Positions 36,743 through 50,370 of a stretch of DNA of 64,000 bases are shown here, one piece after another; positions within the stretch are counted from its first letter, which is position 1, and each line of letters begins with the position of its first letter. The stretch is from Harriotta raleighana. Its lineage: Eukaryota. Made by a program: the position numbers and the translations under genes. Location of the stretch: the NCBI GenBank assembly GCA_050575255.1, contig JBNZDD010013650.1, positions 2,636,073 to 2,700,072 of the forward strand. Reading direction: 5' to 3'. The notes beneath the pieces are model-generated. The model was not told the DNA's origin and ran no database searches. It saw nothing but the letters and a program-made list of their open reading frames with translations.

Positions 36743-36920
36743 AAGGAGGAGGTAGAGAGTCGAGAGGGGAGCTGAAGGCACGGTCGAAGAGAAAGGTCTT
36801 GAGACCGGCCTTGAAAGAGGAAAGGGAGGGAGCGAGGCGAAGGCACTGGGGGATGGAGTTCCAGAGCCTGGGGGCTGAGCAGCTGAAAGCCCGGCCGCCA
36901 ATGGTAGGGCGGTTAGGGCA
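36743..36920 (-). mobile_element. Young L2 fragment next to an assembly gap
   Basis: Near-identical to ~41228-41406; starts at nn 36741-36742. Confidence 0.85.
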
Positions 36921-37212
36921 GAAGACCTAAGACGGCTGAGGAACGGTTTAATTGCTATTAACACACAAAATTCAATTTAATTTACGTAAAGTTAAATTAT
37001 TAGCTCAATTAAATAAAACACTTCCCAATTCTTCAACATGCCAATCTGTATCTCACCATGCGTTAACAAACTTGTATATAAACTGCTCTTGTGCTCAGGC
37101 AATCATTAGGCAATCATCAAAATGTTTTTTTAATAGCTTGAGGCATCATCGTACTGTAACTAAAAACTTCGAGCAGTGCAAGAATGTTAAGAAATATTCC
37201 AATTGTGATGTA

Positions 37213-37732
37213 CAGTAAAAGCCTGTTTATCCCTGACCTGATCAACTGTAACTTTCGTACACCTCAAAAAAAGGTCCCCATTTGAATAACCCGATCTTAT
37301 CTGGCACAATCGCGGTGGCGCATTTAATGAGTTGATTGTCGCACGAGAGTATAGGACGATTAGTTCTGAATGCCGATAGTGGCACTTCCGTTTTTCCTCT
37401 AAAAGCGGCGCTGTCAATTTTTCCGCTCCCTCTCTCCTTTTTCTCTCTCTTCCTCTTTTTCTTTTCTCTCTTCTTCCTTCCTTCCTATCTCTCTGTCTCT
37501 CTTTCAATCTCTTTTCCTTCCTTCCTTTCTTTCCCTCTCTCTCTGACGGATACTATGTATTGCTTGTGAAGCCTGACTGTATCGTGGGTTTATACACTGT
37601 TTAGGTGGGGGGTGGTATGGGAGTAGGAGGGAGAGGCAGGGAGAGAAAGTGTGGGGGGGAAAGAGGGGTGGGGGAGAAAGAGAGAGGAGTGGGAGGGGGA
37701 GAGAGAGGTGGGGGAGAGAGGNNNNNNNNGGG

Positions 37733-37825
<93 letters not shown>

Positions 37826-38209
37826 GATTAATTTAGATGGAAAATGAGTAGAGGGGGTTGGGTTTGGATTTTTGAGATGCCAGACTGACTGAATGTATAT
37901 GTGTGAAAGAGAGAGAGGGAAGGAGAGAAAGAAAGAAAAAAAAGAGGGAAAAAAAGGCAGTATCGCTTTAAGCCACTATCGTCTGCCGTTGTAGAAGTTT
38001 GTTTTTTGATTGTGTGCTATAGACTATAATCGATATTTATTGCTTTATTGATAAATATCCGTACAATATTCTGTTATTATTTAGTATATTATTAATATGG
38101 TATGCTTAAAACAAAGTTTTTTTTTGTGTTGGGTTTTCTTCCGAATATCTGGCATGCTGTTTAACCTGCATTGGCCACCCGAGGGTGCCGGATAAACAGG
38201 CTTTTACTG
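37213..38209. mobile_element. Tigger/pogo-like non-autonomous DNA transposon
   Basis: Perfect 20-bp TIR cagtaaaagcctgtttatcc / ggataaacaggcttttactg with TA TSD. The interior has CT/GA low-complexity DNA and a gap. Confidence 0.9.
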
Positions 38210-38329
38210 TATTTTGCTAAATAATGACCGGGTCCACTTTACATGCAGGTATTCAACCCAGTAGTTTTAAAAAGTCTGGGTGTCACACATCATCCTTCAA
38301 TATCCCTGTCCTGTTCACTTCTTTCCCTA

Positions 38330-38607
38330 GCTTTTCACTTCTTGTAGACGGCTCAAAGCGCTTCACAGAAATACTATAAAGTGAATTGACTGTATAATTG
38401 GGGCGAAACACGGCAGTCAACTGTGCACAGCAGTGTCCCACAAACGGTAGTGGATTGAAATGACAAATTTATTGTTTTTTTAAGGGATTATTATTAGGTG
38501 TGTGGAATAAGGAAATTTGCCCATGGTTTCAGAAACCCTGACCTGCCTGGATTCGAACATAGGTCTCACACTTGTAAAGCGAGTGCTCTAACCACTGAGC
38601 TACAGGG
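38330..38607 (-). mobile_element. tRNA-Deu SINE
   Basis: A box, B box (gttcgaatcc) and Deu-like core on the minus strand. Confidence 0.85.
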
Positions 38608-39349
38608 CTTGAAATAATAGTGAAGGCAACTATACTTCGGAGAGAAGACCCCTCCATAAATTCTGACTACTGCAGATGGTGGTTTTCCTATGAGCACTGT
38701 ATTGATGTGGTAAACAGACAAGAGTGCAGGCAGAAAAAGCAAAGCATGCAGCAACATTTTTAAAATAGACAGCTGAAAAGACTGGCTTTCTTCTAAATTT
38801 TATTTTTAGGCAGTTAGAAAAAGTGCTACAACAGCTAACAATTAGATATTTGTTGAAAACATTCTGAGTCACTTTCAAAGTGATCATGATAGGTGCATTA
38901 AGGCCCCCAAATTAGGTGAACAGGTTTTCTGAACTAGAAAGTTTAACATAAAAGTTAATCTGAAGATATGCAAAGGAGAGAAGGAAAGCTAGGGAAAGGA
39001 AGAAAAGTGAATCATGGATCCGATTACTGCCCATGTGTGTTTAAATTGCAAGTGGACAGCATCAGCCTCAGTTGTGATGCGCACTGCGGTCAATTAACTT
39101 GGCAACATGAATGGATAAGACATTGCTTGGTGTAACATTAATCCATAAAGACAAGAAGGTCTCAGGTCCAAATCCAGATGTATATCGAGTTAACTAACAT
39201 TAGGTCGGGGAGCTATAATTACCCTGAACCCCCTACCATCACCATTTCTCCAAATCCATTCTATTGCTTCCTACTGGAAGATTTAATGCATTTGGCATTG
39301 GGTAAGGGTAGCTTCAGATCTATGTTTAATCACATGGCTCATAGAACCA

Positions 39350-40430
39350 TATCCTACCACAAGCCAATGTTATCTGATGGAGAGGAGATAAGAGCTCCAC
39401 ATTCCATCTCCAACTGTCCCCTCTGTATTGAGCTATAAAATGTCCATGCCCTCTCCAATGGAGTTTCTGTGCTGCCCACAGCACAGAAGCAGCCCTGGTC
39501 AAAGTGACAAATGAAATTCTGTTCATCTGGGATGGAAGCTCCCCCCGCTTCCTCATCCTCTTTGACCTCTCTGCAGTTCTGTTCAGGGGGCTCTCTGACC
39601 ACTCTATCCCCATCTACCGCCTCTCCTCTGACCTCAACCTTTAGGATTCTGCCTTGAATTGTTTTTGTTGAACGGTTCAGTTTGTACCTCTCACACTGCC
39701 TCCACTTCATCTCCACAAACGGTTTCTCCTCTAGCCTCCGCACAGCTTTCCTCAGGGCTCTGTCCTTCATCCCCTCTTCTTCAACATCAACATCTCGGTG
39801 ACATCATCCGCAGACAAGTGGTCAACTTCCACATGTATGTGGATGATACCTATCCTTTCTATACCACATCTTTGCCATGACCTGCTCTGCCTTCCCCTAC
39901 CTCTGCAACTGTGAGACCGTCTCAGCCACTGTCTCATACCGCAGGCCACCAAAACTCTTATGTATTCATTCATAATATCCAGGCTTGACTATGTAAACTC
40001 CTTGATTGTCGGCCTCCCCATCTCCTCCCTGCAAAGATGCAGATCACCCAGAACTCTGCAGCCTGTGTCCTCTCCTGCACTTGACTCTGTGACCATATCG
40101 CCTGACTCCACTGATTTCCCATCACACAGAGGATGCAGTTCAAGATCCTGGTCCTCACCTTCAAAGCCCTCCATGGCTTTCCACCCCCTCCCCCCAACTA
40201 ACCCCTAACCTCTGCGACCTCCTAACCTCCTACTAACCTGCCTGCTCGTCTGTTCAGAGGGCTCCAGCCAGTTTCAAGTCCTCCGCCTCACCCGCCCCAC
40301 CACTGGCAGGTGGGCCTTCAGCCACTTTGCCCCCACCCATTGGAATTCCATGCTGCAGTCCCTCCAGTTCACCTCCTCTTCCACTGTGCTTTCGATCAAC
40401 CTTCTTTCCCTCTTCTCTCCTGCTCCTGAG
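39350..40430 (+). mobile_element. Degraded L2 RT fragment
   Basis: HSTEAALVKVTNEI, FHMYVDDT, FIISRLDYVNSL motifs. Confidence 0.88.
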
Positions 40431-40793
40431 GCAGTCCTTCAAACAGCTGACTGTAATATGAACACTGCAAAATTTGCCAATCAGCTAACTGTAAAGGACA
40501 AACTTGGCACTGCATGGTGGAGAAGCCATTGTTGTAGCATCTTCCTGTAACAGGCATTATCATCAATTTGGTTGGAGACCCCATTTCTGTTCCTCAAAAG
40601 TTTTTTTTTTGCATCATTACATTTATCTCTAAACTCTACTTCATTGGTTGATAAGGGAATCTGAAGTTGGATGGAGAAACTGTCCTATTCTATCATGCAC
40701 CTGATCATTGAAAAGCGTGAAAAGTGCTCTGTAAATGTAATTTTGTTGTTGTTGTATTACTGAAATTTAATCTCTCGTTGTTAAATGGGAGTT

Positions 40794-41799
40794 GGAGTCC
40801 TGTAGCTCAGTGGTTAGAGCACTCGCTTTACAAGCATGAGACCAATGTTCAAATCCAGACAGGTCAGACTGCGACACTACCTCACCCCTCACGCTGCTGA
40901 GATACTGGTCCACGCCTTCATCACCTCAAGGCTGGACTATGGGAACTCTCTCCTCGTGGGCCTTCCCGGCTCCTCCATCCACAAGCTGCAGATCATCCAG
41001 AACTCTGCAGCTCGTGTTCTCTCCCGCACCAGGCTTCGAGACCACATCACTCCCACCCTCGCTCGTCTCCACTGGCTCCCCATCCCCCAGAGGATCGACT
41101 TCAAGATCCTCATCCTCACCTACAAGGCCATTCACGGCCTTGCTCCCTCCTACCTCTCCGACCTAATATCCCCCTATCTACCTGCCCGTACCCTCCGTTC
41201 CTCTGGCTCTGGTCTGCTCCACATCCCCTGCCCTAACCGCCCTACCATTGGCGGCCGGGCTTTCAGCTGCTCAGCCCCCAGGCTCTGGAACTCCATCCCC
41301 CAGTGCCTTCGCCTCGCTCCCTCCCTTTCCTCTTTCAAGGCCGGTCTCAAGACCTTTCTCTTCGACCGTGCCTTCAGCTCCCCTCTCGACTCTCTACCTC
41401 CTCCTTGCTCCCACCCTCCCCCTCCCCCCTCGCCCCGAACATTTCCCCCTGCTCGGGTCTTAAATCATCTGTCCAGCGCCTTGGGACGTCCTCCTGACGT
41501 GAAACGCGCTCTATAAATGTAATTTTGTTGTTGTTGTTGTTGTTGTCAGGGCAAAATCTTGGGCAAGTTTCCTTACTCCACACGTCTAAAGGTTTCCCGC
41601 TACCAAAAAACACATCAATAATAAAATTGGTCATTTCAATCCACAACTGTTTATGGGACTCTGCTGTGCACAATTGGCTGCTGTGTTTCACCCACAAATC
41701 TACAGTCAATTCACTTTATAGTACATCCTGTGAAGCGCTTTGAGACGTCTAGAAGATGTGAAAAGCGCTATATCAAATGCATGGATTATTATTATTATT
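40794..41799 (+). mobile_element. tRNA-Deu SINE split by an L2 insertion
   Basis: Head at 40794-40867; the remainder at 41545-41799 ends in (att)n. Confidence 0.9.
40868..41544 (+). mobile_element. Young 5'-truncated L2 LINE (intact ORF2 C-terminal frame)
   Basis: [20 protein letters not shown]...[12 protein letters not shown]...[15 protein letters not shown]...[10 protein letters not shown], (TTG)n tail, GTCAG duplication at 40863-40867 and 41545-41549. Confidence 0.95.
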
Positions 41800-42614
41800 A
41801 AATGCAACATGAAAGCTCTTCCTACACTTTTTAAGGTCTCAGGTTAGCCATGTTTACATAGAATTACATAGATTGTACTGCACCAAAACAGTCCATTTGA
41901 CACAACAATAACGTGGTTTCACGGTTCCTTGGTATCTACTGATTCCTTGCTCGAGTACCTCAGTAATGAGGGTCACCAGAGTATTTAACTGAACACCATA
42001 ATGAAACCAGATTTTATCCTCACCCAACTTCATCCTACACTCATAGTTCTAATGAAGGGTACTGCATGGTTGACTCGCTTTCCTTTTTCCATGGATACTG
42101 TCTGACCTGCTGAGTTTCCCCAGCAACTTCTGTTTTTGTTTCAGATCCATTTGAACTGGCAGTAACCAGCAGATCTATCACCTGCCTAACCCAGCAGTAG
42201 TGAGACTAATTGTCACGCCTAAAAAGATACACCAACTTAGATCGGCTAACTCAACAGAAATTGGCTATCAAACCTGTGACTTTCTTTCTATGTACATCTC
42301 AGCTACTCACTGACCCAGCGGAAGAGATACATTCTCACTTCAGTTCGGATTACCCACAGCAGTGTCAAAAATACCCTCCCACACTGCGATTTCAGGCAGC
42401 TGGTAACATTCACTCCAGTCCAGCCATGTCACATTCACTGCTAAGCAGTTCGGACAGAATCCAGATTTTATTTTAAATAAGAAAACATTCTGAATTTCAT
42501 AACATGGATTTTTGTCCAAGTCTTAGACAGTTATGGAGTTCAACAGAATATCCATATGTCATTCAAACTTATGTCCTTGTCTTTAAGGTGTTGCATTTTG
42601 ATATACGGATATTA

Positions 42615-43061
42615 CAGTAAAAACCCGTTTATCCGGCATCCACAGGACCTGGCCACTGCTGGTTAAACGGCTTTCCAGTTGAACTTTTAAAAAAAAAGTA
42701 ACACCTACCATATTTTTAATAGACTAAATAATACAGTATAATACAGTAATAACAGATACTATAATAACAGAATATTGTATCGGTACTTTATTATTTATAC
42801 TTAATTTCTGTAATGGCAGCCCCCACGGAGGAAAACAAAACGGCAGCGCGACTTTTAAAAAAAAGTCAGTAGCCTGACTTTAGGCTGATTAGCAGCCAGC
42901 CGCTATACCTGCACAGTACTCGCATGTGATAATCGATTCATTAAATGCATCATCACTATTCTGCTGGATAACTTCCAGTTTATCAAATCGGGACTTTTTT
43001 TGAGGTGACGGTTCAACGGTTTTTCCAGTTCATCGAATCACAGATAAACGGGCTTTTACTG
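42615..43061. mobile_element. Tigger/pogo-like MITE
   Basis: TA|cagtaaaaacccgtttatc ... gataaacgggcttttactg|TA. Confidence 0.9.
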
Positions 43062-45039
43062 TACTAGACTCCTGCAAACAGAACTAAAAGTATGGACATC
43101 TTATTAAACTGTGCAAATTTTGTTATTTAACCAAGAAAATGGTGCATACTAAATCTTTTTACTTAATTGCTCTTAAAAATTACCATGCATCTTTGCGTCA
43201 GTGCAGGATCCTCACGCACAGGAACATAGAAGAAGGAAAAATGGTGGCAAATAAAATGCTTGCACAATTTTATAGTAAGCTGAATTTTATAATTGCAACA
43301 ATAACTGACACAGTTAAGGACTTTACTGAAGGCATTTAAACACCCTTTACTTTCTGCTAGGAAGAAACCATTATTCATACATCTTCAAGAGATGACTGTG
43401 AATCCAGGGGTGGTGAAATCACAACAGAGACTGATTCTACCCTTCCTCATGCACCTTCAGCAGGGATCAATTGTTGACTGATTAGAAGCTGGTATCATGA
43501 CAGCATTTATCTTTCTACACCAGAGAACAGAAGCCCAATTATAGGACTCCAGCTCCTGCCCAGGTGAACTCATATTTCCATCATTTAGGCTGTTTAGAAT
43601 ATTTTTTTAAATACACAGCAGAATCCATAAATTTTCATCAATTGGCAAGATGATTAATAATGCAGCTCTTTAATCAACAGAACCTACATTGTGAATTGAC
43701 AGGAATTTCTTGCTTGAGATAGAAAATTCCAGCCAATGCTGACATTTTAAGTTACAGTGCCCATCAGCACAAGGATCCATGCACTTCAGTTTGTAAGTTT
43801 CACGGCTTCGCATTTTGGAGGCTTCAGCTCGGTTGGGTAATTTCCTACAGTAACAGATGGTACTTGTACCCAGAGTATGAAGCAATGAGCTCTTTGACAT
43901 GCAGCAGTCATTCTAGGTTTCAGATCAAACCGTGGCCTTGCTCCAACAATCTCAACACATCATGTAGCAGCCTAAAAGCAGCAACTCTCCAGCAGGAGCA
44001 ATTTCTCTGAGTGTTAATTATTAATCACAATTAGCCTTTCAGGATGAAATTCTCTGGATCACACAGACAGACAGAAAAAAGGTTCACTTGGGGAATGCAA
44101 TAACAACAACAACATTACACTTGTATAGCACCTTTCAAATCAGGAGGACGTCCCAAGACACTGGGAATGTATGGAGATAAATATAGACTAATTATTTGAA
44201 TGGAGGAGAATAAAAGTAAAATATATGTACAAATCATCAAGGTCATATAATTTAGTAATACGTAATCAGTAATATATACTAGTTGGGCAAGATTACTACC
44301 CTTCAATTGATTAGCCTCGTATTTCGCTCTATGCCATTGCATAAACACACCAATCAATACTGATATATAAAATGTCTCGAAATACAGTAATTATTTGTAG
44401 ATACTGTTAAACGTTGTGAGTATGCATTTGCAGTAAACACAGAAGTCAATTTGCACACAGCAGCGGACAGCAAATTTAAATTATTCAATTATTCCTTTGG
44501 AAAATGTATGTGTGAAAAATTACCTCCCCACCCACCCTGCCAAAGTAAATGCATTCAGATAGCACCTTTCTTTGGTATATTAACATACTGATATCCAAAA
44601 CATTTTTTTAAAGCATTTCATTGATGTGTTACATAAAGTACTGGTTCAACACAGTAAACTCCATGTTGCAATGAATACAGGTGAAGTTTGGCAGAAAATT
44701 TTATTCCACTTTTGACTATCATTGTAGCCAAATAACAAATGTACATATTTTCCTTGAAATATGCAAAGAAAGATTTCGGATCAACTATTGGATTTAAATT
44801 GGAATACTCTTCCCTACTCAAATGGTTATGGTGATGGAGAACGCCAATGTTGAAAGCTGTGGTGCACCTGACAGCAATACAGTACTTGCATTTAGTATCG
44901 GATAAAGTCCAGCTCAAATTCGATGTAAATTCACGGAGATACATTGAGTTTGGATTACTTTTCCTCCAGTTACATTATATGGTAAATAATTATGCCGCAA
45001 TGTTCACCAAATAACTGTTCGAGTAAATACACAGTACAA

Positions 45040-45812
45040 ACAACAACAACTTGCACTTATGTAGTGTCTTAGGGCTCTTAAGTATGGAGGCGATGGGGGG
45101 TGGGGGATTGACAAGAGAGAGCACATAGATGGGGGGAAAAAAAAGGGTACCCTGCAAGTAATGGGGGGGGGGGGGGAAGAAATAATTAGCCGAGATGAAG
45201 TACATGGGTTGGGTAATTAGGACTTGGACCATACGAGTGCTGTGCTACTAAGGTGGATGAGGGAGGACGAGGAGGCAGAGGGAATGCTGGTCACAGGGAG
45301 TGAAGATGTTGTTTGTGACTTTGCAAAGCGCTATCTCTGTGCTGCATGCAGGGCATAAACCAGACTGCAGGAGCTTAAGGAGGGAGTGGAGGGAGAGGTG
45401 TGACAACAACTAAACTACACTTGTATTCCACCTTTCACGATGGGAGAACGTCCCAAGGTTTTGACAGTCGATGTTTCAGACTTGAGCCTGGGTCAGGATC
45501 GGGGAGAATGGAGGGAAAGGAGGGGATTTGGGGTGACCAATGGGACCGTCAAAGAGGAGAATCTTGAAGCGGGACTTGAAAGAGGCTAGGTAGGGAGCAA
45601 AACAGAGGGACTGCGGGATGGAATTCCAGAGGTTAGGGGCAGAGTGGCTGATGGCTCTCCCGTCGATGGTGGGACGGGTGGGTCAGGGGACATGTAGCAG
45701 GCCAGAGCCCGCTGAGCGGAGGGAGTAGGTGTGTTGGTAGGGGGTTAGGAGGTTGCAGAGGTAGGGTGGGCAAGGCCATAGAGGGTTTTGAAGGTGAGGA
45801 CTAGGATCTTGA
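45040..45812 (-). mobile_element. Degraded L2 fragments (two tails)
   Basis: L2 3' end at ~45405-45812 plus an RT-region remnant. Confidence 0.75.
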
Positions 45813-47011
45813 CCAGTGAGTGGTCTTGGTCATCTGGTGTTGAAATCCAGTGATGCTTTATTTTTAAATTGCAAGATAAAACCGTAGTTTTAGTGAGGAT
45901 ATTCAGTCAGGGTGTATATTGTGAGCTATTCACGTAAAAAGGTCAACAGTTCAAAAACCTCTTTCTGAATAATATATCCAAAGATCACGTGAAAAGGTAA
46001 TGGCTAATGATGTGGTTAGAAAGAGTAGAGGAAGCCACTTTTGTCCTTTCATACACGAGAGAGCATTTTGTGCAAAGTTAAAATATGATCATGAATAAGT
46101 CATCTGCAAAGATGTGTTCCATAAGAAAACAAACTAAAATATTTATTAGCTTCTAAAACCTAAAAACATACATCAACAAAGCTCTGGTACTTACACACAG
46201 GATTTAGCTCAAACTTAGGTAGAGCCTATGTTGAGAAACACTGCTGTTTACATATAGTTACCAATATAAAAACTACAATGAGGGGAATCAATTTTGCACT
46301 GTGCAAAATATTTTTCTGCTTTGTTTGGTTAAGTGTTTGGCTTTACTAAAAGAGGATAACGCCCAAAAGGCTTCAAATGCACATAAAATATACAGAATAT
46401 AAAAAAATGGATCTATTTGGCAGCATTGTTCAAATGAATCCAAAGAGCTCTGGGCAACCGTAGTCATGGCATCCTAAAACAGAACTTCCTAAAATACTAA
46501 AAATTGACCAAGTAAAAGACCGCTCAGAAACAGACAATGATACACATCTCCTACAAATGTTAATTCATTGATATTTTGAACAGCAACTATGTAGCTGCTA
46601 AGCACACTGATGGGTCAATACATGTAATTTCCTTCATAGTATTTCTGCTATACAAGTGTAATTTGGTTGTTGTTATTGGTCTCTCCAGATGGTGCAACAT
46701 GAGTGCTTCTAAGTTCAACTGTGACCTCATCAAGAGTAAAATGTACTCCATTGTAACATGATCGAAGAAAGAATGGCAAAAGCTTTCTAATTTAGAAACA
46801 CAGAAATCTACACTGCAAAAGTCCACACAGAGCAAATTTAACTCTGCATGACTAGAGTTTACTTCATATTCTGTCAGGTTCATTATAGTGGAAAGCTTGC
46901 CTTTAAATGAATTAGCGTGTTTTATCTGTATTGTGGCCTCATTGAAATCCATGGGGATGTGGGAGCAATAATGTTAGCACAATGTTTGTTTTGCCAACAT
47001 AAGAGGCACTA

Positions 47012-47272
47012 TACAACAACAAAATTACATTTGTATAGTGCCTTTCACTTCAGGAGGACGTCTTGAGGCGCTCGACAGTCAGTGTCTCACACCTGAGCTA
47101 GGGTCAGGATAGGGGAGGGTAGAGGGAAGGGAGGGGACCGATGGCGCCGTCAAAAAGGAGGATTATGAAGCGGGACTTGAAGGAGATTAGGGAGGAGGCG
47201 AGGCGGAGGGAATTGGAGGATGGAATTCCAGAGGTTGGGGGCAGAAGGGGTGTAGATGGTGGGTCGGGGGAC
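47012..47272 (-). mobile_element. L2 3' fragment
   Basis: L2 tail stem-loop and C-terminal coding remnant. Confidence 0.8.
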
Positions 47273-48319
47273 AAGGCTATACTTTAAGTCTCTATGTTCT
47301 ATGGTGGCACATCAAACCCAATAGTATGATAATACAAAAAAATTTAAATAGTGGCCATATACACAAAAGCAGAAGTCGTTTATGAAACTTATGAGCAGAC
47401 TGACATCTAAACCATGGCCCCAAATGTCATTTCTTTCTCTATTCAATATTCTAGTCACCTAAAGAGATGGTACCTCCGTTCAAACCAAGACTGAGAAGGC
47501 TGGTGTAATGAGATATAAATAGGAACTCAGTGGTTTAGTGAAATGGATCACTTAGCACGTAAACATCTAAAATACTCAACTCTCACATTTTCAGGGTACA
47601 ATTATAACACATACAAAGGATAATATTTCACAATACAAAATGGAACGCCATCTCATATAACTGCAAGGCTCAGTGATTCAAACCATGGCAATGTAGTGCT
47701 GTGTTCCACAGTAAACAAGTTACTAAGTTCAAATTCTGATTCATGCAAAGTGAGCTCATACCAGTGGGCAAGTGATGGAGGAGGCAAGTATGCCATTATT
47801 ATCCCTGGATTAGACATAGATCAGGCAATGTTTTTGCCTTTGATCTTACCAAGGTGTTTTTGTCAAAAATCCTTAAATTTCCCCCCTCCTAGGTGATCCC
47901 CATCATCTTTGCGAATAATTTTGAAACATTCCTTCTACAAGAAAGCAGTTACACTTTGATGGTTTAGCTATTGGAAATTCCTGATACCACTAGAATAGGC
48001 ACCTAATTTGAAATAATTTTCAGAAGTTGCTTAGATAATTAGACAAGTTGATTGGATTGGTCAAAGCAGAATCTGTAATTAGGTTACAGGCAAAAAGGGC
48101 AACAGGGGGTTGTATCCCACAGATGATTTCTCATACCCATGTCAGTTGGCAGAGTAACAGTTAACTATCATGCACACAGTTTTCCACACCTTAGTCAAAT
48201 GTATCCCAATAATGGCACCTGAAAGTGCCATTTGGTGTATTTCTAGTGCCTACAACTTAAAACTGTTGAATATGAAGTAAACCAATGAATATGAAGTAAA
48301 GGGGACTTTTAATTGGAAA

Positions 48320-49135
48320 TCATAGAATCATACTGCACAGAAGGAGGCCATTTGTTCCATCTTGTTTGCGCCGGCTCCGAAAAGAGCAACCCAACTCAAT
48401 CCGACTGGCCGCTTTCTCTCCATAGCCCTGCAATCTTGTCCTCCCCAAATACCCTTCTACTTCTTTCTTAAAAGTTGTTATTGAACTGGCTTCCACTACT
48501 CTTTCAGGTAATGCATTCCAGATCAGAACATTGGGTGAATTTTTTTTCCTAACCTCCCCTCTATTTCTTTTAACAACTATCTTAAATCAGTGTCCTCGGG
48601 TTACTAACCACATGCCAGTGGAAACAGTTTTTCCTGGCTCAAATATCAAATACCCTCATGATCTTGAAAACCTCTATTAAATCCCCTCTTAATCTTCTCT
48701 GCTCTAGGGAGAATAATCTTAGTTTCGCTAATCATCCTCAATACTAAGGTCTTTCATTCCTGGTATCATTCTGGTAAACCTCCTTTGTACCCTCTCTGTC
48801 CAGAACTAAACACAGAACCCCAACTGAGACCTAACCAGCATTTTACAAATATTCATCATAACCTCCTGACTTTTATATTCTATACCCCTATTTATAAATC
48901 CTAGTATCCCGTATGCTTTTTTTTTTATAAAACAACTCTATCTACCTATCCTGCCACCTTTAGAGATTTGTTTATATAGCCTGTCAGGTCTTTCTGTTCA
49001 TTTATCTCCTTTAAAATTGTGCCATTATACTTATACTGCCTCTCCTCATTCTTCTTACCAAAATGCAACACTCTACATTAAACCTCACCTACCACGTTTC
49101 TGCCCATTTTACCAATCTGTCTAAGTCCTCTTGGG
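48320..49135 (-). mobile_element. CR1 3' fragment
   Basis: catagaatcata tail, RFTRMIPGMK and LFSLEQRRLRGDLIEVFKIM on the minus strand. Confidence 0.9.
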
Positions 49136-49607
49136 GTCTGGTGCTCTTGGGGTCTGGTAAATCCTCACCATTTACTACTTTTCTTAAAATACTGCCATGG
49201 GATCTTTCATATCCACCTGGACAGGCAGCCAACACACAAGATGACTACCCAACATAGTAAACTGTGTTCAAAATAGAACATAAGTGCTCACTCACATTGA
49301 TCCAATAGAAATGTTTACAATTATTTTTTGTTTAAATGCCGCCTGTCGCATTCTAGATCTTGTAATAAGTGTTACAGTGAAAACCCCGAATGATTGAAAA
49401 TTCTACAGCAAATGTAATGATGCACAAACCTAGGGTGTGAATGCATGCCATTCATGCACTCAACTAATCAAACAATGAGTAAATACACCAGTAGAAAGGA
49501 AACTGCTTAATAAATCAGCTGTAAGCAGGAACAAGCTTTTTAATATTGAAACACAATGAGATTATTTCCAGACAAACCACCTGAATGAATCATAACCCAG
49601 CCCAGAA

Positions 49608-49963
49608 ATAATAATATTCCTTGCATTTAATATACTGTAGTGCTTTTCATGTCTTCTTGACGCCTCAAATCACTTCACAGAATATACTGTAATGTGAATT
49701 GACTGTATAAATGTGGGCAAAACGAGCCAATTGTGCACAGCAGTGTCCCACAAACAGTTGTGGATTGAAATTTTTCAGCGATTATTATCAAGCTATTATT
49801 ATTATCATCATCATCAACAAGTGTGTGGAGTAAGGAAATTTGCCCAAGGTTTTATCCTTCCTAGAATTAAACCCAGGTCTCTCACTTGTAAGACGAGTTC
49901 TCGCAATGTGAAAGGTGCTCTATAAATGTATTTTGTTGTCTAATCACTGAACTACAGGACTCC
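49608..49963 (-). mobile_element. tRNA-Deu SINE with a short opposite-strand L2-tail insertion (~49900-49939)
   Basis: Matches the SINE consensus; the head is interrupted by gtgaaaggtgctctataaatgtattttgttg. Confidence 0.8.
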
Positions 49964-49978
49964 ACTTTTGTAGAAATA

Positions 49979-50370
49979 CAGTAAAACCTTGTTTATCCAG
50001 CACGCTCGGGGGGTCGACTAATTGACAGTGCCGGATAACGAGGGAGAAGTCGCCAAAAACTCGACATAAAAATTTTACTTATTTTAAAACATACCATGTT
50101 AATAATACACTACGTAATAACAGAATATTATATGGATACTTACCAACAAAGTATTCTAGCAGAGTCGGGCAAAAATTGGGGACGCTGCATTTTTTACCGA
50201 TCAGTAAAAAACCTGAGTGCGTAAATTTACTAAGTGAGCATGCGCACGATTGCATGCATACGCAAAGTGAACAAACTCGCGATTCTGGAATGGGGAATTG
50301 TCCCGGGAGGGGGTCGAGCAATTGAATCAAGTCACGGTTGATCGGGTCATGGATAAACGAAGTTTTACTG
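49979..50370. mobile_element. Tigger/pogo-like MITE
   Basis: TA|cagtaaaaccttgtttatcca ... tggataaacgaagttttactg|TA. Confidence 0.88.

Noticed and set aside
37722-37823. Poly-G run giving poly-Gly ORFs
   Set aside because: It directly follows an N gap and is typical of a sequencing or gap-edge artefact inside a MITE; it is not a gene.
40836-41516. 226-aa ORF as a host gene
   Set aside because: It is the C-terminal part of L2 ORF2 without the RT catalytic core, opened by a chance SINE ATG.
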